53,647 nucleotides of DNA. It comes from Verrucomicrobiales bacterium. Lineage in GTDB: Bacteria; Verrucomicrobiota; Verrucomicrobiia; Verrucomicrobiales; V1-33. The DNA lies in assembly GCA_031411295.1 (NCBI GenBank), contig JANOAV010000156.1:1-53647 (forward strand). Reading direction: 5' to 3'. A program made the position numbers and the translations under genes. Below the pieces are notes generated by a model. That model saw only the letters and a list, made by a program, of their open reading frames with translations. It made no database searches and was not told where the DNA came from. Shown here piece after piece: positions 20,331-29,354 of this stretch; the first letter of the stretch is position 1; each line of letters starts with the position of its first letter.

Positions 20331-21017
20331 TTAGCGATTACCCCTGCGATTGACCGCCCCGCGGGTGGGGCGATGATTCAGATTCATGGCTTCGCCATCG
20401 TTGTTTGCGGCTGGGATGGCTTGAGGATCGTCGGCCGCTTTTTCCGCCGCTTCGTCCTGCAGGGTTTCGCCACTGGGCGTCAGGAAGAGACGTGTTTCTC
20501 CATTGGCTTTGCCGTCCTCCCCAGGAATCTTTCGCACAGATTCAATAATGGGCTGGTTCACGCGGACAGTCCGAACCACTTTGCGTGGTTGGACGCCTGC
20601 TTGGTCCTCCACCCAGGAGAACTCGACGACCTTTTCCGTGACCTTGCTGACGCGTTGCAGCGTGGTCTGCGCATTGCCCAAGTATTTCGGCAAGCGATCT
20701 CCTTCGCCCAGCAAGCGTCCGTCAAAGAGCACTTTATAACGACCGTCGGTATCTTTCATGATTCCGCTGACCGGAATCCGATTTAAAATCGTGCGGATCT
20801 TGGAATCTTCGCTTTCACCGTCTTCCTTGGCCACTTGGGTGGCGGCGCGCTCGGCAAAGGGATTATATTCCGTCTTTTTAATCGTCTCCGCGATCTTGTC
20901 CTCGGGGAGTGGCCCGATGGCGCGCAGTTCTTGCTCACTGAGCACGGACGTATCCGCAGCGGTGCTGGCGAGCACTAGCATGCTGCTGACGAGGGGAAGG
21001 ATTAGGATGGATTTCAT
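20331..21017 (-). CDS. Exported hypothetical protein, PilP/GspC-like by position
   Basis: Signal peptide; YNPF motif followed by beta-rich PVSGIM...YKVLFDGRLLGEGD; located after the PilO-like gene. Confidence 0.5.
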   Translation of the reverse strand: MKSILILPLVSSMLVLASTAADTSVLSEQELRAIGPLPEDKIAETIKKTEYNPFAERAATQVAKEDGESEDSKIRTILNRIPVSGIMKDTDGRYKVLFDGRLLGEGDRLPKYLGNAQTTLQRVSKVTEKVVEFSWVEDQAGVQPRKVVRTVRVNQPIIESVRKIPGEDGKANGETRLFLTPSGETLQDEAAEKAADDPQAIPAANNDGEAMNLNHRPTRGAVNRRGNR

Positions 21018-21050
21018 GACTGGATTGGGTTGGGTTGAAATTTACGGAAG

Positions 21051-21617
21051 TTATTTCTTGGCTGCAGGGTCTGCGGCTTTGGCGATGATGGGGGTCTCGA
21101 CGGTCATGCTGAGACGCACGTCACTGCCGCGAGTGCCTTTGGCGACGTTCAAGGTGGTAATGCGGGAAGCCGGCATTTCCTTCTCGATCTGGCCGATCAG
21201 TCCCACCGCGGTAATGTAGTCACCTTCCACTGCAATAATGTTCTGGAAGCGGGCAGGAATGAAGACCTTGCCCTTGTTCCCGAGCGCATTGGAACGATCC
21301 GCGTGGGACACCAATCCTTCGCCATGCTGCTTCACCAAACGGTTGAAGATGGCGCGGGATTTGGTTTCATCGTTGGTTTCTTCCAACTTAGGCAGCCACA
21401 CCGCCAGGAACCGACGGAGCGGGGCGGTCTCCTGCTTGAGGCGGGAGAGTTGAATTTCCTTGAGGCGACGATTGTCCTCCGCGAAGCGCTGGGCGGTTTC
21501 TGCCACCTCCTGCTCTTCACGGGCGGCCGTCATTTTTTTGTGCATGATCAACCCCAGTTGGACACAGCCGACCATAAAAGCGGCTAGGATTAGGCAGGCG
21601 AGATGTTTGTTACTCAT
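21051..21617 (-). CDS. PilO/GspM-like alignment-complex protein
   Basis: Start at ATG 21617; N-terminal TM, coiled coil, then VEGDY..AVGLIGQIEKEMPASRITTLNV. Confidence 0.6.
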   Translation of the reverse strand: MSNKHLACLILAAFMVGCVQLGLIMHKKMTAAREEQEVAETAQRFAEDNRRLKEIQLSRLKQETAPLRRFLAVWLPKLEETNDETKSRAIFNRLVKQHGEGLVSHADRSNALGNKGKVFIPARFQNIIAVEGDYITAVGLIGQIEKEMPASRITTLNVAKGTRGSDVRLSMTVETPIIAKAADPAAKK

Positions 21618-21637
21618 GTTGGATAGTCGGTTGAAAG

Positions 21638-22213
21638 TTAGCGCTTGGTCTCGGAGGATTCCGTGTGAATCCAAGTGCAATCGAAGCTGAGTTCATTCTT
21701 CCCCTTAATGTTAATGTTCTCTGAGAAGCTGCGCATCCCCAACGCACCAGAGAGGGCCGTGCGTATTTGATCCACTTGCTGCTGGCCTTTGGCAGCATTG
21801 ATTTGCAGTGCCATCTGGACTTGGGAACTCATGTCCTCCCGGCGGGAGAGCGTCAGGCCACTGATAGTATTCTCATTCGTCATGGCACGGGTAATGGTGG
21901 TGAGCATGGGCTGGAGCTGATTGGTGCTGGCGACCCAATCCTTAACTTCGTTGGCGTTATCGACCTCCTTCTGCACGGCCGTGCTTTCACCTGCAATGCG
22001 GGTGATTTCGGTCTGTTGCGCAGACTCTGCTTCCCGCGCAACTTTGGCAGCATCTTGGGCAACTTTAATTTGCAGCATGGAATAGGCGGAAATGCCGATG
22101 ACCCCCAGAATGCTTGCGAGGAAGGCCACGGGGAGAACCCGCAGCGGAGCTGGCAGCGGCTGCCCCACGTCGGAACGTTCGGTTTTTAGATCAGGGAGGA
22201 TTGCAAGTTTCAT
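21638..22213 (-). CDS. PilN/GspL-like alignment-complex protein
   Basis: N-terminal LPDL motif, single TM, coiled coil, small alpha/beta C-terminal domain; lies between the PilM-like and PilO-like genes. Confidence 0.55.
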   Translation of the reverse strand: MKLAILPDLKTERSDVGQPLPAPLRVLPVAFLASILGVIGISAYSMLQIKVAQDAAKVAREAESAQQTEITRIAGESTAVQKEVDNANEVKDWVASTNQLQPMLTTITRAMTNENTISGLTLSRREDMSSQVQMALQINAAKGQQQVDQIRTALSGALGMRSFSENINIKGKNELSFDCTWIHTESSETKR

Positions 22214-22243
22214 GTCAGGATGGATTTGGGGGACAAAAATGGA

Positions 22244-23134
22244 TTAGAGGTCAGCGAGGAGTTTCCAGGTCTGGAGCGGCACGGAAACATCGCTCACTTG
22301 CAAACCAGGAACCCGATCCTGCAACATGGCGGGGAAAGGTGAACCAACGTTGTCTCCCATGAAAATTACGTGCGCACCGGGGCCGGCGTTTTGCAGTAAC
22401 GGTAAGATGATATCAATCACGGGGCTCATCTCGTCCGTGTAACAATCCGTCCGGGAACGGAGTTCCAACCAAGCCTCTTCCTTTTGTGTTAGGGAACAGA
22501 CCGACCCCTCACAGCAGGCGACCATCAGCACCGTGCCGAACGGTTGGCCCGGGGCCTCCTTGGCGCGGGCTTTGCGGGCATCCGACACCTGACCGATCAG
22601 ATCCAGCAGCATCCCATAGATCCCACAGGTAAAACGGCCAATGTTCATGCCTGCTTCTTTGAGCATGGCTTCCGATTTGGTGATGGCCTCCTCATCGCAG
22701 GCCAGTAAAATACTGGTATTGCTTTCCGGATTGTGGGTTAGGGAATACCGTTTCCCCCGTTCGGCCTTGGCCCCGATGGCCGCTTTGGGATTGCTGCGCA
22801 GCATTTCCAACAAACCGGGACGCCGGCTGAGATTTACTTCCAGACTAACCATCGCGCGGGTGTTCAGCGATACCGCACACCAGCCATTATCTGTCAGCGC
22901 ACGCCATTCCGGCCCCATCTGGCCCAGCACTTCTTTGAACTCGCCCTCAAGGGAGCCGCCTTCGCCAAATTCACCCCGTTTATCGAGGCTGATCCAGGAG
23001 ACGCGTTTCCGTCCCACATTGAGCATCAGCGTTTTTTCTTTGGGAAAGCGTTTGGTCCAGCCCGCAGTGCTGTCGTCCGGTTCCGGTCTAAAAGCCGAAA
23101 AATTGAGAACACTAACGATATCTTTGAGTTTCAT
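22244..23134 (-). CDS. Cytoplasmic protein, PilM/GspL-cytoplasmic-like by position
   Basis: 296 aa, no TM or signal peptide, alternating beta/alpha pattern, directly upstream of the PilN-like gene; similarity not verifiable by eye. Confidence 0.5.
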   Translation of the reverse strand: MKLKDIVSVLNFSAFRPEPDDSTAGWTKRFPKEKTLMLNVGRKRVSWISLDKRGEFGEGGSLEGEFKEVLGQMGPEWRALTDNGWCAVSLNTRAMVSLEVNLSRRPGLLEMLRSNPKAAIGAKAERGKRYSLTHNPESNTSILLACDEEAITKSEAMLKEAGMNIGRFTCGIYGMLLDLIGQVSDARKARAKEAPGQPFGTVLMVACCEGSVCSLTQKEEAWLELRSRTDCYTDEMSPVIDIILPLLQNAGPGAHVIFMGDNVGSPFPAMLQDRVPGLQVSDVSVPLQTWKLLADL

Positions 23135-23178
23135 GGTCTGTTTGAATTAGGAATTTTTTTGAGTCGACAAGTAGTTGG

Positions 23179-24228
23179 CTAGCGGAGTGCTGGTTGGGTG
23201 ACTAAGTAGTTTTGCACTTCGTCTTCGGTAAAGCCGGTCGGCGTTGGGATATTACAATACCAGCCTTCCGCCAGTCGTTGCTCCATACTGCGATCAAAGC
23301 CAAACATCCCCCGCTTGGAACCGGTCTCCAGCTCCTGATCCAGCTTCTTGAATTCACCCCGACGGATCAGGTTCACGATGCTATCGTATTGCAGCAGCAC
23401 TTCATGAATCGCGAAACGACGTCCCCGACGTTCGTCAAACATGAGCCGCTGGCAGAGAATCAAGCGCATGGTATCCGCCAAGCTGGCCTGGGCATTCTCC
23501 AAGCGATCGGAGGGCACAAGTTTCAGGAACCGTTGCACCGTTTGCGAAGCGCTGTTCGTGTGGAGCGTGGCGACCACGACGTGGCCGGTTTCGGCGGCTT
23601 GCAGCGCGATTTCCGCTGTCTCGCCATCACGAATTTCCCCCACCAGAATCACATCTGGAGCCTGCCGCAGGGAGGCCCGCAAGGCGGCTGCGAAGTCCAT
23701 GTCATCCTCCCCCACGGCCCGCTGACTAACCAGTGAGGGCATGCCGTCAGGGTAAACAAATTCGATGGGATCTTCGAAAGTAACCACATGCTCCTGGCGG
23801 CGTTCCGCACGGGCCTTGATCATGGCGGCAATCGTCGTGGTCTTGCCACTGCCGGTGGCTCCGCAGATTAAGAACAATCCATTCTTCGCCTCCAGGAAAG
23901 ACTTCATGACCGCTGGCGGCACCCCGATGTCTTCCGGACGCGGGATCTTGGTCGGGAGTAACCGCAGCACCCAACGAAAACGCCCCTTCGTGACCATGCG
24001 ATTTACCCGGAAACGCATCCCGCCAAACGACATCGCATAGTCCAACGAGCCTGGGGTGACTTGCATCGCCTGCTCAGGATGGTAGATAAATGAATCGTAA
24101 TGCAGCTTCCCGTTTTGCTTGAAGCAGAGGGGTTCCCACGGGGTGATGTAGAAATCACTCACGCCCGTAAGTTGCGCGATTTGTGCAATCCGCTGGCCGA
24201 GGGGGCTATTTTCATCGATGTAATCCAT
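23179..24228 (-). CDS. pilT: PilT/PilU-family type IV pilus ATPase
   Basis: Walker A GATGSGKTTT, Asp box TFEDPIE, Walker B RQAPDVILVGEIRD, His box AETGH...TLHTNSA, SIVNLIRR (AIRNLIRE-like); no PilB N-terminal domain or tetracysteine motif. Confidence 0.85.
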   Translation of the reverse strand: MDYIDENSPLGQRIAQIAQLTGVSDFYITPWEPLCFKQNGKLHYDSFIYHPEQAMQVTPGSLDYAMSFGGMRFRVNRMVTKGRFRWVLRLLPTKIPRPEDIGVPPAVMKSFLEAKNGLFLICGATGSGKTTTIAAMIKARAERRQEHVVTFEDPIEFVYPDGMPSLVSQRAVGEDDMDFAAALRASLRQAPDVILVGEIRDGETAEIALQAAETGHVVVATLHTNSASQTVQRFLKLVPSDRLENAQASLADTMRLILCQRLMFDERRGRRFAIHEVLLQYDSIVNLIRRGEFKKLDQELETGSKRGMFGFDRSMEQRLAEGWYCNIPTPTGFTEDEVQNYLVTQPALR

Positions 24229-24636
24229 GTCGGGTAGTCAAGGCTGGTAGTAAAAATGTAAGGACAATGGAAATACTACGGGTAATCCAGTTATTTGCAA
24301 TATCGAAATTATGGAAATTTGCATTATTCACAATTATTATATCAACCGAACGCGAATTTGTGCGATTCTGCCCGGTTGAGTGACGTGATTCGGCGTTTTC
24401 TCCCGGAATTCGCACCACCGTCCAGAGATGGCGGACCAAATTAGCATCTCCAACAGCGAGTCTTGAGAAGAAAACTAGAATTGAAGGAACGGATTGGAAT
24501 TTTTGTTAAATTCATACTTGAAAAATGTTCACAAGGGTGTAATTTTTCATAATTACCATACTATTTACGTGGCAAAACACCGAACCGCTGCGGTCTCCAT
24601 GCATCTTTCGATTCGACCAATTTCTCTACAATTTTT

Positions 24637-26745
24637 ATGAACCAACCGACCTCCCCGACCAAACTGACTCCGGCCTTGCACGCAATGTTCCTCGCAGCGC
24701 TCTGCGGATGCGGCACAATCACTGCGGTGCGCGCAGAGACGGTTCCATCCTCGGTCGAAATAACGACGGCCATGAAGGACCAGTCGCTCGTGCAGCCGAA
24801 TGCAGAGGCTTATGAGAGAGAAGTAGCTCGCCTGCGAGTTGAACAGGCTAAACTTTATGATTTTGACCGTGCCATCCTGGCCGACGTGCTCCGCGCATTG
24901 GCAACCGACGCCAAGTTAAACTACCTGGCGATGCCAGAAAACCAGGAAGCGGAAGCCACACTGGTCACGATCCACTTGAATCAGGCCCCATTCCAAGCGC
25001 TTGAGACGGTGGCCAATGCCTACGGGGTGGCCTTGATTTACGAGGGCGGAGTCTGGCACATGCGTCCGTTCGACGATAAGCAAGTCATCGCGCGGAACTA
25101 TCGTTTAAAATACAACCTCACAGAAGATGTCGATTTTGGCAGTGTGGGCGGTGGTGCTAGCGGCGGCTTGGGCGGCGGCGGTGGTGGTTCCTTCGGCGGC
25201 AGTGCAGGCGGCGGCGGCGGCTTTGGTGGCGGAGCTGGCGGCGGTTCCTTTGGTGGCAGTGCTGGCGGCGGGGCGGGCGGCGGCGGCATCGGCGGCGGCA
25301 TCGGCATCGGGAGTTCGGGACTGTCCGTCTCCAAGAAAGCGGATACGCTGCTGGATAACATTAAGGCTATCCTGGGCATCCCCACGCACGGATTTAATGC
25401 CCGGGTGGCTCCAGACGTGGCGGTCGGTGAATTCGGGCGCAATCCTTTGATGGTTCCGCTGCACGGTGGCATCGAGAGCGATTCCGCCATGGAGAAATCC
25501 AAGGGTGGAGATAAATCCACCGACGCGGCCGTGTGTTGGAATTCAGATAACAATAGTTTCTTCGTCGTCGCCACGCGCCAGCAACACCAATTCGTCGAAG
25601 CCTATCTCAATTCTTTTGATAAAAAGCAATACCTCATAGGAGTGGAGATCAAATTCTACGAAACCAGCCGGGACCCTCGCAGCCAATTTGGCGTCGATTG
25701 GTCCTCGTGGGGTAACAATGGGGTCGATATCAAGCCCATCGGCTCAGAAATATTGAATAAGACGAACTCTTTCCTCAACGTGCTCGGGCCTCAGTCCCTG
25801 GTCTTAAATGCTGCCAACATGAATGCCAAGCTGACGTTCCTCTCGCGAGATAGTGCGGGCAAATTTACCAGTTACCCTCGCGTGGTCACGCTGAACAACC
25901 GCCCGGTGCAAATCCAAAGCGTGGTGAACCAACCAGTGCTCTCCAGTTCCTCCAGCGTCTCCCCGGGCATCGGTGGCACCAGCACCCAGAGCGTGCAATA
26001 CATGCCCATCGGCACCTCTATTGCCGTGGTTCCCAAGCGTTTGGACGCCAATGTTATCAACCTGCACCTCCAAGTCACGGTCAGCACTATTTCCGGCACG
26101 GAAATCATCGGTGGCAACAAATATCCCATCTCCAGCACCCGCGCCTTCCAGAACCAGATTCAAGTGGACAACGGTTACACGGTGGCGATTGCCGGTCTGG
26201 ATGAAGCGCTGGACACCAGAGAGGGCACTGGCATACCGATCCTCTCCAAAATCCCGCTAGCCGGCTGGGCGTTCAAGAACAAAGTTCATGACAACACCAA
26301 GAAGAACATGATGATCTTCATCACCCCCACGCTCATGGACACCAACGGCAACGGTGTCAGCGAACGTCCGCTCTCCGAACTCCCACGCTACAAGGGTGAC
26401 CTCCCCCGCAATGCTCCGCAAATCTACTCCAATGGTGAACTGGTCGGTGGCCCCACCAAAATGCCCGAAGCGGTGCTCTGGATTGATCAAGCGGTGCGCC
26501 GGATTTCCAGCGTCATCAGCGAAGGTCGCGCAGAGGCCCCCCATCGCGAAGAACTCTCGCGCCTGGATGATGTCGTCGAAGCCCTGACCAACTACCTGCC
26601 AGCCTGCCATCAAGCCCTCTCCCCAGAGCGTGTTACCCTCATGCACGGCCAGCTTGAAGCACTGGACCGCAGGATCAGCAATCTGAAATCCTGCTACCGC
26701 AAGAATCATGTGGACGGCCTGGGCTATGGCGAGAAATGTGACTAA
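24637..26745 (+). CDS. Secretin (PilQ/GspD family) with Gly-rich insertion
   Basis: QYLIGVEIKFYE, FGVDW, SYPRVVTLNNRP, GYTVAIAGL, GIPILSKIPLAGWAFK, MMIFITP. Confidence 0.9.
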   Translation: MNQPTSPTKLTPALHAMFLAALCGCGTITAVRAETVPSSVEITTAMKDQSLVQPNAEAYEREVARLRVEQAKLYDFDRAILADVLRALATDAKLNYLAMPENQEAEATLVTIHLNQAPFQALETVANAYGVALIYEGGVWHMRPFDDKQVIARNYRLKYNLTEDVDFGSVGGGASGGLGGGGGGSFGGSAGGGGGFGGGAGGGSFGGSAGGGAGGGGIGGGIGIGSSGLSVSKKADTLLDNIKAILGIPTHGFNARVAPDVAVGEFGRNPLMVPLHGGIESDSAMEKSKGGDKSTDAAVCWNSDNNSFFVVATRQQHQFVEAYLNSFDKKQYLIGVEIKFYETSRDPRSQFGVDWSSWGNNGVDIKPIGSEILNKTNSFLNVLGPQSLVLNAANMNAKLTFLSRDSAGKFTSYPRVVTLNNRPVQIQSVVNQPVLSSSSSVSPGIGGTSTQSVQYMPIGTSIAVVPKRLDANVINLHLQVTVSTISGTEIIGGNKYPISSTRAFQNQIQVDNGYTVAIAGLDEALDTREGTGIPILSKIPLAGWAFKNKVHDNTKKNMMIFITPTLMDTNGNGVSERPLSELPRYKGDLPRNAPQIYSNGELVGGPTKMPEAVLWIDQAVRRISSVISEGRAEAPHREELSRLDDVVEALTNYLPACHQALSPERVTLMHGQLEALDRRISNLKSCYRKNHVDGLGYGEKCD
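25138..25320 (+). repeat. Gly-rich low-complexity coding repeat inside the secretin
   Basis: GSVGGGASGGLGGGGGGSFGGSAGGGGGFGGGAGGGSFGGSAGGGAGGGGIGGGIGIGSSG; unit GGSFGGSAGGG occurs twice. Confidence 0.85.
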
Positions 26746-26847
26746 TAGATCCATTGAGCAATCAGCTTGGCTAGCACCCTCCACGAAGACAATTCATTTG
26801 CTGAGGATCAAATATCAGGCTACTCAACCGCCGCTTTCCCCATTAGC

Positions 26848-28086
26848 ATGCGCCTCTTCATCCACGACTACGCGGGCCACCCATTTGCAGTGGAACTGAG
26901 TCGTCTCCTCGCGACGGCAGGACACCACGTGCTCCATGGGTATGCTGGTGCGCTGCAAACGCCACGCGGGGACTTGGCCAGACGTCCACACGATCCGCCG
27001 ACCTTTAGCTGTCGTCAGATCGCAATGGATCCGGAATATACTCAGTTTAAATACAATTTCTGGAAGCGTCGCAACATGGAGATGGCTTATGGCAAGGAGT
27101 GCGCGAAAATCATCCGCGAGTGGCAACCGGAAGTCGTCCTTTCCGCCAACACGCCAACCGAGACCCAGGAGTTTCTCTTATTGGCCACCAAAGACATCGG
27201 GGCCCGTTTTGTGCTGTGGATTCAGGATTTCTACAGCATTGCGGTAGATAAGCTGTTGCGCAAAAAGCTCCCCCTGATCGGACGCTTCATTGGCGGCCAT
27301 TATAAACGGATGGAGCGCAGCCAATTTATCAGCAGTAATCATATCGTAACCATCACCAGTGATTTTATCCCGATCTTGGAGGACGAATTTGGAATCCCTG
27401 CCACCAAAGTTACCACCATTCCCAACTGGGCACCCATTGAGAGCCTGCCCGTGACCCCCAAGCAGAATCCGTGGTCCGAGGAGTTCGGGCTGGACCGCCC
27501 GTTCGTCTTTCTCTACAGCGGCACGCTCGGGATGAAACACAATCCTGATCTGCTCCTCCAATTGGCCCTGCAATATCGTGAGCTTCCCGACGTGCGAGTC
27601 TTGGTGATTTCCGAAGGCATCGGGGCCGACTGGCTCCTGCAAAAGAAGCACGCCCACGATTTGAAAAATCTTCACGTGCTAGCTTATCAGCCTTTTCCGG
27701 TGCTCTCACAAGTGATGGCGGCGGGCGACGTCCTGGTGGCGGTCTTGGAAGCAGATTCCGGAGTCTTTTCCGTCCCGAGCAAAGTGTTGACGTATCTCTG
27801 CGCCCAACGGTGCCTGCTGCTGGCAGTCCCCTCAGTCAACTTGGCGGCCCGGATCATCAAGGAAAACGAAGCCGGACTGACCGTCGAACCTGCGGATACG
27901 GCTGGTTTCCTGGCTGCCGCCCAGGAACTTTTCTCTAACCGTGCCCAAGCCGATGCCTGTGCCCTGCGGGCGCGAGCCTACGCGGAAGCGCATTTTGGCT
28001 TGGAGGAGATCGCCCAGCGGTTCGCCTCCGTCCTCGACCTTCCACCTCTCGCTCTGGACCGGACCAAAGAACCTGCGGTCTGTTGA
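26848..28086 (+). CDS. Glycosyltransferase family 4 (WcaI/WbuB-like)
   Basis: Start at ATG 26848 (MRLFIHDYAGHPF); WIQDFY, IPNWA, LYSGTLGMKH, SVPSKVLTYL motifs. Confidence 0.88.
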   Translation: MRLFIHDYAGHPFAVELSRLLATAGHHVLHGYAGALQTPRGDLARRPHDPPTFSCRQIAMDPEYTQFKYNFWKRRNMEMAYGKECAKIIREWQPEVVLSANTPTETQEFLLLATKDIGARFVLWIQDFYSIAVDKLLRKKLPLIGRFIGGHYKRMERSQFISSNHIVTITSDFIPILEDEFGIPATKVTTIPNWAPIESLPVTPKQNPWSEEFGLDRPFVFLYSGTLGMKHNPDLLLQLALQYRELPDVRVLVISEGIGADWLLQKKHAHDLKNLHVLAYQPFPVLSQVMAAGDVLVAVLEADSGVFSVPSKVLTYLCAQRCLLLAVPSVNLAARIIKENEAGLTVEPADTAGFLAAAQELFSNRAQADACALRARAYAEAHFGLEEIAQRFASVLDLPPLALDRTKEPAVC

Positions 28087-28095
28087 TGATTTAGC

Positions 28096-28124
28096 TTGAG
28101 ACTAATTTCGGGAATGGCTACTCT
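28096..28124 (+). promoter_or_regulatory. Candidate sigma70 promoter for the GYF-domain gene
   Basis: TTGAGA-N17-TACTCT. Confidence 0.4.
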
Positions 28125-28170
28125 GACGCCGTAATTAATTCCCTACCTCACGTTCAACTCCCCTATTTCC

Positions 28171-28716
28171 ATGGAAATTTTCATTCACAAAAACGAGCAA
28201 CAGCATGGCCCCTACGACGAAGAGCAAATTCTAACCATGCTGAACGAAGGTCACGTTGGCCGTCGTGACCTGATTTTTTATGAGGGCATGGAAGGATGGC
28301 AGCCCCTCGAAGAAATCTTCGACGTCGAGGAACAACTCACGCATCATATGGACGAAGGACAGGAGCCGGATATCGTGGCTGAGGTCTATCACTCCATGAG
28401 CCACATCATGGCCCGGGATGAGAAAATCTTCTACCTTGCCCACCAAAAGAAGCGCATGATGAAGTCACGCCCGGATGTCGTTGTGGTCACCAATGAGCGC
28501 CTCCTGATTATCCGGCAGGGCCTGGGTGGCAGCCGCACCGAAGATTACTTGTGGAAGAACGTGGTCAGCGTCCAAATGAAGGAAGGTCTGATGGGGAATA
28601 CCTTCTCCATTCTCGACGTGAACGATCACATTATCCAAGTGGACGACCTGCCTAAAAACCAGTTGGAGAGACTCTGCCAATTCGCCCAGGAAATGCGGGC
28701 TGAGATGGCGAAGTAG
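28171..28716 (+). CDS. GYF_2 (DUF4339) plus bacterial PH-domain protein
   Basis: QQHGPY..EQI..ML..G......LIFYEGMEGWQPL, followed by PDVVVVTNERLLI PH-like module. Confidence 0.75.
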   Translation: MEIFIHKNEQQHGPYDEEQILTMLNEGHVGRRDLIFYEGMEGWQPLEEIFDVEEQLTHHMDEGQEPDIVAEVYHSMSHIMARDEKIFYLAHQKKRMMKSRPDVVVVTNERLLIIRQGLGGSRTEDYLWKNVVSVQMKEGLMGNTFSILDVNDHIIQVDDLPKNQLERLCQFAQEMRAEMAK

Positions 28717-28779
28717 CCCATCCCCAGCAGCACCATCCACTGCGTTCCATGCGCCAGCGGGCTTCGTCCCATCCCAGCG

Positions 28780-29340
28780 ATGTCCACGCTCATCACCGCT
28801 TACCAACCCTTTCAGGGGAGAGGTGTGAACGGCAGCAGCACCATTCTGCGTTGGCTCCGACGCCATTGGCCCGCAGGGCAATTTCATTCGCGGATCCTGC
28901 CAGTGGCTTGGGAACTGGCGCCCAAACGCCTAACCCAATTGCTGGAAACGAAACGCCCGCGGCGTTATCTTGGGATTGGCGAAGGCCAGCCTGGACGTTG
29001 CGCCTGGGAGACCGTAGCCCGCAACCATCAGCAGGGCACGGACGAAACCGGCCTGTCTCTTCCGGCCATGGCCATTGCTCCTCAAGCACCGCCCCAACGC
29101 CACAGCACCTGGGTCACTCCCTCATCTCTTGTTATCAGCTTGCTGCCGGATCATATTCCCTTGGTGACCAGCGTCGACGCCGGCTGTTTCCTCTGCAATC
29201 GAGTCCTCTGGACCGCCCTGGAGCCAGGCCACCGTTTATCTCAAGCCGCCTTCCTCCATCTTCCGCCGCAGGGATCCATCACGGATCGTGCTTACACAGA
29301 CCTGCTTGGCCCCTTCGTGCTGGCCTTGCTGCTGGCCTGA
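28780..29340 (+). CDS. pcp: Pyroglutamyl-peptidase I (C15 family)
   Basis: LITAYQPF...NGS, WETVARN (Glu), DAGCFLCN (Cys), FLHLP (His). Confidence 0.85.
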   Translation: MSTLITAYQPFQGRGVNGSSTILRWLRRHWPAGQFHSRILPVAWELAPKRLTQLLETKRPRRYLGIGEGQPGRCAWETVARNHQQGTDETGLSLPAMAIAPQAPPQRHSTWVTPSSLVISLLPDHIPLVTSVDAGCFLCNRVLWTALEPGHRLSQAAFLHLPPQGSITDRAYTDLLGPFVLALLLA

Positions 29341-29354
29341 TCCTCCTGGCCTGC

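Noticed and set aside
25098..25574. Pro-rich and Ala-rich ORFs resembling repeat proteins
   Set aside because: Alternative frames of the secretin Gly-rich tract
20331..26745. Identity with the Akkermansia Amuc_1098-1102 pilus cluster
   Set aside because: Gene order differs (divergent secretin, PilT-led operon) and sequence similarity cannot be established by eye
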